Source: an uncultured Pelagibacteraceae bacterium (GTDB lineage: Bacteria; Pseudomonadota; Alphaproteobacteria; Pelagibacterales; Pelagibacteraceae). Taken from it: DNA of 64,000 nucleotides. The notes below the pieces were generated by a model. The model had not been told where the DNA came from. It was given only the letters and a program-made list of their open reading frames with translations, and ran no database searches. Location of the stretch: assembly GCA_902571375.1 (NCBI GenBank), contig CACGBP010000002.1, positions 113,986 through 177,985 of the forward strand, written 5' to 3'. Of the stretch, positions 63,810 through 64,000 are shown piece after piece (positions within the stretch are counted from its first letter, which is position 1; each line of letters begins with the position of its first letter). A program made the translations under genes and the position numbers.

Positions 63810-64000
63810 TGAGTGATGAAATTAAAAAAGGTTTACTTGGAATTGTTGTGGATGAAACAGAAGTTTCTAAAGTAATGCCTGAAATAAACTCTCTGACTTA
63901 TAGAGGTTATGCGGCTCAAGATTTATGTGAGTATTGTAGATTTGAAGAAGTCGCTTATTTAATATTGAATAAAGACCTTCCTAATTCTATTGAATTAAAA
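63809..64000 (+). CDS. prpC: 2-methylcitrate synthase, N-terminal part (runs off window)
   Basis: MSDEIKKGLLGIVVDETEVSKVMPEINSLTYRGY...FEEVAYL. Confidence 0.88.
   Translation, partial: MSDEIKKGLLGIVVDETEVSKVMPEINSLTYRGYAAQDLCEYCRFEEVAYLILNKDLPNSIELK

Noticed and set aside
1-64000. CRISPR array, rRNA or tandem repeat arrays
   Set aside because: No regularly spaced repeats or rRNA-like sequence seen by eye; nearly all bases are explained by CDS or tRNA

Overview
Very AT-rich, tightly packed alphaproteobacterial chromosome segment. Gene content, minimal intergenic spaces and frequent TAATG/ATGA overlaps point to a streamlined SAR11/Pelagibacter-like genome; this taxonomy is inferred, not tested. 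Bases 1-29.6 kb (minus strand) hold the translation/transcription supercluster: tRNA-Tyr, tRNA-Gly, tuf, tRNA-Trp, secE, nusG, rplKAJL, rpoBC, then the str-S10-spc-alpha genes. rpmD and a str-operon tuf are absent there, as are the usual leader spaces. Bases 30.4-44.2 kb are an integrase-free accessory region around tRNA-Thr, NAD kinase and tRNA-Leu that encodes cell-surface glycan tailoring functions: three GT-C-like membrane proteins, a shortened GtrB/ArnC-like GT2, GT34- and GT47-like enzymes, three SAM methyltransferases and a GMC oxidoreductase. Directly upstream of the GMC gene is a 55-aa twin-arginine micro-ORF missing from the ORF track, the best novelty candidate in the window. Bases 44.2-64 kb are core metabolism: sfsA, map, purB-C-S-Q-L, bolA, grxD, rpsD, trmJ, cimA, cysS, nadE, class II DAHP synthase, glmS, a half-length glmU, gph and prpDBC. 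No CRISPR array, IS element, prophage or rRNA was seen.
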